From Haplodiscus bocki (lineage: Eukaryota), in contig OZ296659.1 in the NCBI GenBank assembly GCA_965655095.1, positions 12,586,001 to 12,650,000 on the forward strand: a stretch of 64,000 nt of DNA, given 5' to 3'. Below, in pieces: positions 52,186 to 63,620 of this stretch; position 1 is the stretch's first letter, and every line of letters starts with the position of its first letter. The notes below the pieces were generated by a model, which saw only the letters and a list, made by a program, of their open reading frames with translations, searched no databases and was not told the origin of the DNA. A program made the position numbers and the translations under genes.

Positions 52186-53690
52186 AGATTGAAAAGAGCA
52201 AAGAGAAGAAGAAAGTTCAAGATTTTTAAAGTGGCAGAGAGAAGAGGGAAAAACAGAGTAAGTTGTTTGCGGTAAGCGAGTGAAGGAATAAATGATTTCT
52301 TCAGTCGTGTCAAATGACTCTAAGAAGGCATCATGCTGTTTTTTCATGCCACCAATAGGAAAACAGCGCATATCCGACATGTCAGACCTACTGACCAATA
52401 GGCTGATAGTAGAACTTGGGCAAATTCGAAAATTTATTTTTTCTTTAATTTTGTCATCAATTTGTCCAATTCCACCCAAGTAATCTCCAAATTTAATCAC
52501 GAAGCCATAAAGTCGTCATTTGTTTATTGGCAAATATCCATATTCTCCGTGTAGCCAAGTTGTCGAGATTTTTGCTGTTTTCTATTTATTCGGGTTTGCT
52601 TCAACCAAGGCTCTTTGTTTAATCGTTTCCTGGGTTATCTTCGCTGTTGGTGAACTTGAGTTTGGTTAGTAAATTTTCCTTCATCATAATCTTAATTAGC
52701 TCGTATTTCCTGTATAATTACCAAATATACAAACTGCACTGATAAATTTTGGTGTTCATCTAAAATCTGATAATTCTTGGGCTACTCATTATGGGCTGAA
52801 ATCTCTTGAGGTTAGTTTCAACTTTTCGTTATTATAAAATTAAAAACTGCGAATATTCATTAGGTTTGAGCGGTAGTCATAACGCGATATTAGTTAATGA
52901 AATCCTACTGAGTGAGTGCGTCTTCCCATTGTTTTTCATTCAAACTATTCATTCAGAGAGTTTTGACGCAGCACACTGCAATTTAGGTGGATAACTCGCT
53001 GGGGCGGATACTGAAAAAAAGTAGATGAGATTTTGAATTTTCATCGAGGTGTCTTTTTTATTTCGATTGAACGATTCTTCAGCATTACTTCAAAAAAGAT
53101 CCGACTAATGATGTTTCTTGATAGAGGAAATTTATTCAGAATTCCTGATATTTTACAACTGTAAAATTTATTCATTTCCCAACCCATTTTGGCTTCTTGG
53201 GACTCAGTCTTCCTAATCAATGCAGAGTTGTTCTCCGATGTGAAGCTATTGCCCTGGTGAAGATCTGTTTCACTTTGAATTGCGCCATCGCTACGTTGAC
53301 TGTGACCTTCGCCCTTCTCCCAAGATTGCGGCTCAAAACGTTCGTTGAACCATGATTCGAAATTCGGAATTGACTCAGTTAATGTTTTCATCTTCTGTGC
53401 AGACACTTGTCGAGCTTGTTCAAAAATGTGATCTTCTAGTCTGACAACATAGTATTCTTCCTCTTCCAGTGTTTTCATCACTTCTTCACGTCCTCCGGAA
53501 GATTCATTCAAAACCTAAACAGTGCGCGTCTTTTTTCCCGAATTATGAGCAACTTGGAACATTTGGCAGATGTCGCAGCACACCTGCGAGGCATGCGGCC
53601 AACCCTTACCGCAAGGAAAGACACCCTAATGCTTAGAAAAAACTCAAACATTGACTAAACGTTCACTATAACTTTATTATGTATTTTAAC

Positions 53691-54979
53691 TGTTGTGCAT
53701 ATATACGGACACTTATATATACGTATCCCTAACAATGCACATAAATATGGCTACGTATTTATACAGAACCAAACTGATCCGGACTAGGACGGAACCGCTA
53801 CGGAACAAACGAGTATTCACAGAGCATTAATAATAGAATAGGTGCTATATTTATATTAATATAATTACTAAAATATTAAATATAAATCCACCTTTTTTGC
53901 AATGAAATCGAACAATGATTGATTACTAGAAGTGCAGTTTAATTTCAAATTAGAATTAAAGAGATCCTGTACGTAGATTGACTGATTTCAAGTGTATTGA
54001 CTCTAGGAGTGAATATTTGTTCCGTACGTGTTCCGTCGCTACTAGTCTGGTGACGTCACTACTATTATTACTCTGCCGCGCTGTAGTCTTTTCGGAATCA
54101 TTCCGGAATCACTCCTCATTTGAGCCCAGACCACTACCATTACTATACGTATACGGAAATATAGTTGCTACTTGTACGACTGAGGAGTAAACTTTTAGTG
54201 GTACTGGTTTCTCCCCATTTCCAAAGAGTAAAAACTAATGAACCGTTATTATTATTGATGAAGTGAACACGAGGGTGATGATTATTTATATTTTTCATAT
54301 TTTTTAAAGTCATGCATTCTGTATTTTTTATTTTAATTTATTTCACTTTCCCAACTAAGGAAATATTTTTTCTTTTTCCCATTTAGGGAATATACTTTTT
54401 AGACTGTTAATAAAACGTCGGCGCGGGAGTAAACACTTTGATGTCCATCTCTGACGGATTAAGACCGTCCATTTTTCTGTCGAAAGATGGGAAAGACGCG
54501 TGCTATGAGGGAAGAGATGGAGGGAAAAGCTGTTTATTCCCCGCCAGAATCGGCACTCTTACCTTCGATGCTATACTTTTCGACAGTACTTTTCCCTATT
54601 TGTACTTTGACTTGGCGTGCAAACAATTATGTTTCCCGCCATGAAAAAGTATAAATAGGAGAAACGAAAGTACAACGTCAGAACTTTTTGGGAACTTGAC
54701 AGAACTTTGCAGAAATTTTGAGAGCCATTCAGGTGAAAATTTCATAAATTTTCAAGAGCTTTTCAGAACCTTTTCGAAAACTCTTAGGGATTGTATTGAA
54801 CCTTCTTCAGAACGAGTGTACAATTATTTTTGATTGATAAGTACTGACGATATTTAACCAGTCTTCGTTTATTCTCCATTTATTCTTTATTTCCTAATGC
54901 TAATACTGTAAACCTCCCATTTGATTCTACAATAAAAAGACAATCAATTATTAATCGTCGAAAAACGCTTTTCCATAGA
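53691..54979 (+). repeat. 5' LTR plus leader of the Gypsy element (internal boundary unresolved)
   Basis: Blocks shared with 33571-34577 (minus): CTACGTATT..ACTGATCC..GACGGAAC.GCTACGGAAC, GAGTGAATATTTGTTCCGTACG and the structured block 54417-54675; no second LTR available to fix the end. Confidence 0.55.
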
Positions 54980-56644
54980 ATGGCGACACCGCAACAAAAA
55001 AAATTGGCTGCTTTGAGTAAGGAAAACTGTGAGGAACAACCCAGGAGGAGTTTGGCATCAAACTCAAATGTTCCCAGATCACAGGAGGACTATATAACTC
55101 AAGTTTCCGAGGAAACTGAGGGAAGAGTCACCAAAAAGTTGTCGCAAGAATTTAGCAGAACGGAAAATCGTATACTAGGTGCGCTAGCAAGACTTGATGA
55201 CTTCCTCATGAACCCACTACTCCAGGGCCACTCCGGAACCACTCCGAAGACTTCCCGGAATGTGTTTAGTATTAACCAGGGAACGAATGAGGATGACTCC
55301 CAGAGTGACCCTCATCCTGAAGCAGGCCTCCTCATCTCTGATCGGGAAGATCGCCACAACATGGCGATAGGAGCTCAGAAAGAGAGTAAACATTCGCACG
55401 ACATGGTGACAGGAGTTCACGGAGAAGTTATGTACTGCTCCTCTAACACATCTTCCGGAAAGCAGAAAATGAACCGCTCCACAAGTCAACCCCAACTTCG
55501 CAGCGAAAACACCCCTGCGACGATTGAGGCAGACCAACTTCTGTTGGCACTTCAGCAGTTAGCAAACAACAACAATTCTGCAAATTTCCGTAACAATATT
55601 AACAGAATTTCCAAATTGCCAAAATCACTTACGACAACGATGCCAACGTTTGATGGGAAATCTGAAAAGTTCGAGCTGTTTGAAGATCTGTTCCAAACGA
55701 GTGTCAAAATCCACAATCAATTGACAGAGGAGGACAGAATCAACTACTTCCATTCTCTCATGAGGGGAGCTAAATTACAGACATTTAAAAACATTAATGG
55801 CCCTACCCGAGAGAATCTGGGAGATATTCTGGCAGTTTTTCGAAGGAAATATGTGAAACCCGAATCGATGGCGACAGCAAAACACAAATTCCAGAAACTT
55901 GTCTTCAACCCAGCAAATCAAAAGTTAGTTGATTTTCTTGACGAACTTCAAAAACTGGCCAAAGACGCAATCGGAATTGCTTCACATGCCATCATTGAAC
56001 AATTCATATATGCCAAGATGCCACCGCACCTGAAAAAATCAGTAAGTCAGGCCCACTTGGAAAACGGCACATATGAACAGATTGTGACATACCTAGAAAA
56101 GAAGTTACAACTAAATGGTTTGGAAGCCCCTGATGAGCTACAAATAAATACTGTGAGCCACAATACTGTCAATGCAAATGCTGACAGAACCAAACTAACG
56201 TGTCACTATTGTAAAAAACCAGGACAATATAAAAATCAGTGCCGATTGTTGAAAAAACAGCGAGAACAAACTGAAAACAATCAAAATAATCCTGGAAACA
56301 AAAGCAGTGATGCCAATACTTCTTACCCGAACGGCAACGTCAACAATCCTAACAACAACAACAGGAACAGGAACAGAGCCGAAAGAAAGCCAAAAATTGT
56401 TCACCCACCCTGTGAGACATGTGGCAAGACAAATCTTTCCACAGAGAGATGCTATCATGGAGCCAAACCAGCCAATAGACCGCCTCCCCGGCAGAGAAGA
56501 CCGGAAAGACAAAATCAGGTCCAAGAAAGAGCTATTCAAAATGACTCAAATGAAAATAGCCAGGCTGTAGCCCAAAATTCAAACCGAATATGCCACGTCT
56601 TCACTGCGGAGCTGCAATTGACAGACCCGGAGGTAACTCATTAA
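54980..56644 (+). CDS. gag: Gag polyprotein (capsid plus two degenerate Zn knuckles)
   Basis: Open 554-aa ORF; MPTFDGKSEKFELFEDLF capsid motif; CHYCKKPGQYKNQC and CETCGKTNLSTERC (CCHC with His substituted). Confidence 0.9.
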   Translation: MATPQQKKLAALSKENCEEQPRRSLASNSNVPRSQEDYITQVSEETEGRVTKKLSQEFSRTENRILGALARLDDFLMNPLLQGHSGTTPKTSRNVFSINQGTNEDDSQSDPHPEAGLLISDREDRHNMAIGAQKESKHSHDMVTGVHGEVMYCSSNTSSGKQKMNRSTSQPQLRSENTPATIEADQLLLALQQLANNNNSANFRNNINRISKLPKSLTTTMPTFDGKSEKFELFEDLFQTSVKIHNQLTEEDRINYFHSLMRGAKLQTFKNINGPTRENLGDILAVFRRKYVKPESMATAKHKFQKLVFNPANQKLVDFLDELQKLAKDAIGIASHAIIEQFIYAKMPPHLKKSVSQAHLENGTYEQIVTYLEKKLQLNGLEAPDELQINTVSHNTVNANADRTKLTCHYCKKPGQYKNQCRLLKKQREQTENNQNNPGNKSSDANTSYPNGNVNNPNNNNRNRNRAERKPKIVHPPCETCGKTNLSTERCYHGAKPANRPPPRQRRPERQNQVQERAIQNDSNENSQAVAQNSNRICHVFTAELQLTDPEVTH

Positions 56645-59600
56645 ACACTTCCACCGATCCCAGAGGTTGTCTGGCAGCAACCTCAGGAGACTCATTTAAC
56701 TAATATTCATAATGACTTGACTAATAAAACTCATAAACATACCCACACGCCCAAACAGAAAATTGATGTAGAAGCACAGACGTCGCCAATAAAGGAAACC
56801 TCACCTCAAAAATCCGGATCGACACGGAATCACTCCGGGAAAACCAAACTAGGAGCATACCAGTACAGTGCCCCAATGACTCCAACAAACAACAAAACGA
56901 AATCCAACGAAATGAAATAGGTTTGACAACCTATGGCAATGGAGATGATATTATTTCTCCTCCTGAAAATACAACTTCGCAAATTCAAGAACAACTAGTG
57001 AGAGGTGATATTACTAATAATGTATACATGCCGCTATCCTCCACAATTGTCTTGAAACGAAAGAGAGAAATAATGTATGTCCCTCTGGATTTTGAGAATG
57101 GCTTAACAATAGATGCCCTTGTTGACTCGGGAGCCTACGTTAGTGCAATAGCCCAGAAAGAATTGGACAGAATTCAACAGCAAGCCCCGTCTAACATCCT
57201 AAAAACCGATGATCCGCCCAATTTTTAAATCCAAGTAGCAAATGGCCAATTAGAGAAGCCAACAGCAACAGCCACACTTAAATTTGACATTGGCAACCAC
57301 ATATTTGCAGAACATTTCTGAAGAATCTGTAGTGATGAAGAATCTGACAGGACCAATTAATGGTTTGCACTTCATGAAACATAACAGCGTGGTCATTGAT
57401 ACCACACACGGTCTCATCCATTTTCCACATTTGACAATGCAAGTCAAAAGTGCATCGAGCCAAGCAAGTGCTAAACCTCAACTTGTTCTCATTCACGATA
57501 GTATAACAAAACCACAGATGACAACGAAAACGATTACAGCATTTGTTGACCACTCATCGGAATGGAATACAACAGGCACCGTGACCCCAGTGGAAAAAAT
57601 CACAAAAACCGCGAGCCTAATCAGATCCCATTTAATGTCAACAATAATTGACAGGAAATTAGCAGTCAGAGTAACTAACACAACGGAATCACCCTATACA
57701 ATCAACAAAAACACACAAATTGCCGAATTCTCCGTGGTAACTGGGAACAATCCAAGTTTATTAAACCAGTGGACACGGCAAATCTTAGTAAGATTCCTGA
57801 AGGTGACCCAGATCTGGTTACTTAACTGACCGAGCTACTCAGAACAAATAAACCAGATCAACAAAACAATACTTTCTGGTTTCCGACACCCGAAAATCCT
57901 GGCAACAAAGAAGATCATACCCCGATTCAAACACGAATCCTCACGGAACTCTGTGAATTGCAACGAAGGGAAAAACTAAATCCAAATGATGACAGTGAAT
58001 CACGAACGGAATTCTCAAAAAGATTTAATTGGACAGAAACAATGCTCACGGAAACTGAGAAACAAGCAGTTGAAGACATTCTAGTTGAATATCATGATAT
58101 ATTTGCTAGACACAGAAAGGATATTGGAATGAACACTGAGTTCAAGGTAAAACTCACACCAAAGGATGATAAAGCTGTTTATAGCCGGAGCCTACCAATG
58201 CCGATCCATCTAAAAGAAGACTTAATTGTTGAGCTCGCCCTTATGCACAAATATGGGATCATCACAGTGTTACCGTTCTCAAAATACGCAAGCCCCATAT
58301 TTGCACAGAGAAAACCCAACGGTAAATTAAGTCTCCTTGTGGATCTCAGGAAAATCAACACCCTGATTGCAGATGATTATACTAATAATAACCATCCAGT
58401 CAGAATTTTGTCTGACGCAGCACAACACCTGGCAGGGAAGTCACTATTCTGTAAGCCTGATTGCTCCCAAGCGTATCACTGCTTGCAGATGGCGGACCAA
58501 CGCTCAGTGAAATTGCCTGCATTCAATTTTGCTGGCAGAACTTTTGCCTACAGAAAACTTGCACAAGGTCTTAGCAGATCTGTGTCTGCTTTTTCGAGTT
58601 TCATGCGCGAGTACTTGGACCCAGTTGTCAAAGCTGACCAATGTGCTCAATACGTGGATGACATTGGAATTGCAGCCAATAATGCTACGGATCTTACCCG
58701 GAACATTCGGGCAGTCTTTAAGTGCATTCACCAAGCAGGATTGAAACTGACAATTGAAAAGTGCCATTTTGGAGCCAGACAGGTTGAATTCCTAGGCAGA
58801 ACCATTTCATCCGAGGGAGTATTACTACAATCTCATAAAATTCAAAACTTTTTAAACAAATTAAGATTCCCAAAATCCAAAAAGGCTTTGCAGCGCTATC
58901 TGGACTTCGTAAATTACTACAGAATTTATATTCCCAGAATGGTTGAACAGCTCAACCCATTCTATAAATTTTTGAAAGCAGAAGTCCCAATCAACATGAC
59001 CTCCAAATTGAAAGAAACCTTCGGTTCAGTCAACAAAGCACTGAGTGATGCGTGTCAATTAGCGCTTAAGCAACCCATTCCTGGAAAACAAATAGTCTTA
59101 AAGACCGATGCAAATTTCAGGAGTGCAGGCTATGCTCTTATGGTTGAAGAAAACCCGGATAAAAAAATCCAATCAAAAAGGAGAACGTATGCACTAGTCG
59201 CGTTTGGATCAAAAGTCTTTTCCCCCGCACAGCTTAAGATGTCAATTTACTCGAAGGAATTTTTGGCAATCTACATGGCATTTCTTGAATTTGCGCACAA
59301 TCTGTGGGAAACATCAAAACCGACGATTGTATTGACGGACAACATATTCCCGGTTTTTCTTGACGAAAGCCATTCCACCAGCCCTGTGGAACGCATGTGA
59401 TTATGTGCTGCAGTTCAACTTTGAAAAACCACATACCGCTGGTTCAGTTAACACAGCGGCTGACTTTCTCTCAAAATTGGAACTGAAAGTTACGGAGAAG
59501 ATCCATCTCAAAATCCGAGAAGATGTCCAAACAACACCCATAGAGGTGTCAACATCTACCTCAGATGTCGCAGATGAAGAACAATTCTTCTTCACGCAAC

Positions 59601-61469
59601 CAGATAGTCAGGATAAAATTGAAGAACAAATCCTACAAAGGAAAGAACAATCTCAGAAAAACGCGGCTGAATGGGTAGTAAACCAGGAACTATCCTCATT
59701 GAAGCCAAGTATCAAAGAGTTTACAAAGATCGACGGAAACACTACGTCGTACTCCATCAACGGAATTAAAGCAGGCGCACAAATACGAGTAGAGCAAGAT
59801 GCCGACCTAGTATTGAAGAACCTCAAACTCAAATTACTTGGCCAACCACATGATGATGTGCTTTTAGCAACGGATAGACGATACAAACACTACAAAGCAA
59901 ATGAGGATCGCATTATCCTCAAGGATGAACTCCTATTCCGGAAATACTACGGAGAAACTGGTAGCGTCAAATACTACCAAATTCTCATACCGAGGCAGCT
60001 TGTCAATGAAGTACTCCGGAAACTCCACGGAGAATTTGGTAAACATCATGGAATTACCAAGACAATAATTGCACACAGAGAAAAATATTATTACCCAAAT
60101 ATGGCTCAACTAATCAGGGAGTGGGCTTTGTCATGTGAGCAATGCCTTAGAGAATCACGGAATAATCCCCGACTCACCCGCGCTCCCCTGCAAAACCCGA
60201 ATGAGTACATTACTGCGCCAGAAGACGCCATGCAAATTGATTTGGTGCCGGGATTACCGCCATCTGGTGGCTATGAAAACATTGTGACAGCCATTGATGT
60301 GTTTTCCCGCTTTTTATTTGCATACCCGACATCAAATCAGGACGCCAAAACAGTCGCTCAATTGCTAATTCACATCATGACTAAGCACGCCTACTTACCC
60401 ACGACACTCATCTCAGATAAAGGTACAGCCTTCACTTCAAGTGTAATTAAAGAAGTGGCCGGCGTCTTTGGCATTACTCTAAAGCACGCCACCACCAAGC
60501 ACGCTCAAACAATTGGGCTACTTGAACGATCTCACGCGACAAGCATTGGAGATTGAGACAGGCGAGCGGAGATCATTGTGGCACAAATACGTCAGTATTG
60601 CGGTCCTTAATTACAACACATCTTATCACGCGAGTATCGGCTGTGAGCCGAGCAGAGTATTTCTCGGACGTATTCCTTATAATATCCTTCATTTAAAAAT
60701 GGGTATTCGTCCATATAAAATTTCCCCTTCAGACTCGCAGATTGCCCAAGATGTGCTTGAACAGACAGAAACAATTTTCCAGGACGTCCGCAAAAATGCC
60801 ATGCAAGCCTATATCAAATACAAAGCATATTATGATAGGAAAGCAAACGCCTCAAAACTCAAAAAAGCCGATTACGTCTTTATAATACAGCCGAAAACAG
60901 ATCACCAAGGGAGTAAAATTCCCTTCACAGACTTTCGCTGGATCGGGCCATATATTATTGAAAAGGTGTTACCCAACAATAATTATTTGGTACGCAAAAT
61001 CGGCACTAACAGGACGCAAATTCTACATCGAATGAGGCTGCGACAATTCCCACCCCGCAAACCGATACCAGACATACCAGTCACACAACGTGAGTGGCAA
61101 CCAGACCCAGAAGTTGTCATTACACACGATGATTTGTACGCCAGGGCGTGGGACTATGAATATGACGAGCCAATATTTGACAGCGATTACAATAATTTGG
61201 CAACACACAGTCCACCCGAAAGTACAAAACGATCCGCACAGACAGCTGACGAAATGAGGAGCACTCCGGGAATCACACCAGAAAATTCCCCACAAAATAC
61301 CCCTCAGCCAGATGGATCATATGACGAAAGAAACGTGGATCACGACACGCAGCCTGATGCGGATACGAGTGTAGACCAACTTTACCCTATGCCTACCAAC
61401 CCCCGCAGCTCAAAATACGATCTACCCCAGAACCCAAAGCCAAATTGTAACGACGATTACAGATATTGA
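56645..61469 (+). pseudogene. pol: Pol polyprotein: aspartic protease, RT, RNase H, integrase with GPY/F motif
   Basis: ALVDSGA (PR); YASPIFAQRKPNGK..LVDLRKIN and YVDDI (RT); LKTDA, SKEFLAI, LTDN (RH); H..H..CEQC, IDLV, SDKG, LER (IN); RWIGPY; broken by a stop at 57226 and frameshifts near 56920, 57315, 57750, 59345, 60540. Confidence 0.95.
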
Positions 61470-61690
61470 CTCTGTCAAGCAACTGTCTACGGAACGCATA
61501 CGTACACTTTCCGGAAACCCCAGGAATGCGCCATGCGGAAAGCCGACATATTCTTTCAAGCACTTACATGGCCCCCCGAAGTAACTAAGGAGCACTATGG
61601 ACAGAGTAACACAATTTTTGGCACTTGAAACGACTGGAGATTGGATCCTCATCAAATTACACCAATATATCCTCAGACGATACATGGAAC

Positions 61691-61805
61691 GTTTCCGGAA
61701 CCATTCCGGAAAATCCACCAAAATTTGATTCCGGAACCATTCCGGAACCATTCCGGAAAATTCACCAAATTTGATTCCGGATACACTACGGAATACATAC
61801 GGATA
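61691..61805. repeat. Cluster of TTCCGGAA palindrome-containing short repeats after pol
   Basis: TTCCGGAACCATTCCGGAA units and duplicated CACCAAAATTTGATTCCGGA. Confidence 0.85.
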
Positions 61806-61948
61806 CTCCCAGTAGTGCGAGGCTAATTCCTGGACGGCGACACATCTCCTACTCATTTCACCCATGCAAAAGACGGCTATGCTAGATAAATTAAACTATT
61901 ATTAAAATTCTAAATTTGAGAAGTTTATACAAATATACAGTTAAATTT

Positions 61949-63460
61949 TTACTGGTATCCCTCTTGGAATACTGGGGCATTACGGCGATCGCGACCACTT
62001 CTCATCGCCCCCGATTTCTCAAAACTTTTCTCAAGAGCAGACTCGAATAAAGGACGGCTAACAGGTAAGCTGGAAACAAAAAAATGTTTTTTTGAGACAC
62101 CAGGACTCATTGACGATTGCCTCTTCTTGCCTTTCCCGGGACTTGACCGACTGCAACAAGGGAGACCAAGCTTCTCATGCTCAGCCACATACTGCACGTC
62201 CCCCCCCCCCCCCCTCAACAACATCAGAGATGCGGACAGTTGTTCGGGGCGCACTCTCACCGACAGCTGATGAGGCAACGGTTTCGGCACTGAACCACCG
62301 CTCCCGTGCATCCTTCACCGCTTTCCTCTGGCACAAAATCTTCTCGCGGCAAGGCTTTAAATCAGCAAAAACGGGGCCAACTTCGACATCAGTAGCTACC
62401 CAAGGGCCAAATCTATCACTACTTCGTACAACATCTGCGGCAGTGACAGCAGTGTTTAGCATGCTGTACCCAGTCTCAGAGAAAAAACTTCTCTGTGTGA
62501 ACAAGGGATGACGCACAAAGTCTAAAGTCTTGTACACACGCCACTGCCCCCTTCACCTTCTCATGGTCAATTGCAACCGCATCCAGCGACACAGTTAAGA
62601 CGGGATGCAACTCCGAAGGACCCTTCACCATTAGTGCTGTCAACCGAAAAATCTAAAACAGTACATGTTTTAGATCATGACAACATCGAGATGACCCTTA
62701 AAAAACTAATACCAACTTTGTGCAAATTCCGCCGAGAACGGAAACTGGGCTGATTGCAGAAGGCAAACACGCTGTTGATCGGAGCACGAGACCTACTGCT
62801 GCTTGTTTCCACCTATCGCCGCTCACGCACAAAAGAGTAGAAATCGGCCTTTGCAGGCTCGACCTCTGATCCTCTGACCCACCCAAGTTCAAGCAGCCCA
62901 TCCAACAAGTGCCCAAAGAGATGAAAAGCTGAATAGTCGTCGCCCCGAATCACAGCCTCCGGGCAGAAACAACTGAGCCCCTGGCCAATTGGAGAACGCG
63001 TAGCAACTGTCGAGAGAATGGTGCTCACGAGATCCTCGAGGAAACGTCGACAGTCTCTTCGGAACTCCTTGCCGAGGAAGCTGTTGTTGATTTTCTCAGG
63101 GGATGATAACAGACGGGTCCCTTCCAGGAAATGCTCCTCAGGAATTGCCCCAAAACACGAATGATTTGGAAGCATACACGCTTCCCACTTTTCAATCACG
63201 GGCAAACCACTACTCCGCTTCACCTTCTGCAAGAGACAATACACAAAGCGCGAGAGGTCACCGAATGCCAAGCAGCCATAGTCAGCCCGCCCAGAGTTCA
63301 GTTCGGTCAAATTATGTGCAACTGAAACAACACAGACAAGGTGAGACGAGCATGATGAGAATTGGACCGTCCCTTCCCAAAAGCAGACTACCAAATGAGG
63401 ATCGAACTAGGAGTGATACCCAAACTTCCTAGTTCGACCCGTGGAATTCAGGAGCTAACT
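61949..63460 (-). pseudogene. Antisense, probably spliced gene resembling the C-terminal half of a hAT-type transposase
   Basis: ORFs 62813-63394, 62181-62537, 61949-62311 join into one protein; candidate GT-AG introns 63391-63322 (70 nt) and 62716-62653 (64 nt); FRRDCRRFL..LV...RSP....SCFCP...F..LL..L...W......AKADF...NLHKIFRLTAL pattern. Confidence 0.55.
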
Positions 63461-63579
63461 AGCAGTGCTACTAGAAAATCCTAGTTCATCATGACTGGGA
63501 ACTACATACTGAAATAAACTTAGCAGTCCACAGGAGACCCGAAACCACCCAAGAAGACGCCCAGACAATGCCACACGGG

Positions 63580-63612
63580 TATAAAAGTGGAAACTCCACG
63601 AATTACTCAACT
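63580..63612 (+). promoter_or_regulatory. TATA box and Inr-like site upstream of the extra sense ORF
   Basis: TATAAAAG at 63580, TCAACT ~27 nt downstream, ATG in AAAATG context at 63621. Confidence 0.4.
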
Positions 63613-63620
63613 GTCCCAAA

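Noticed and set aside
54445-54495. Hammerhead-like CTGACGG...GAAA in the Gypsy leader
   Set aside because: Core deviates from CUGANGA, is not conserved in the relative (CTGATCA), and the GAAA is a hairpin tetraloop
55217-61295. Minus-strand ORFs overlapping gag and pol
   Set aside because: Shadow frames of the sense coding sequence with no independent motifs
60900-61469. Chromodomain or env at the end of pol
   Set aside because: After the GPY/F motif the tail is low-complexity Pro/Asp/Thr-rich; no chromodomain pattern, signal peptide or TM segment
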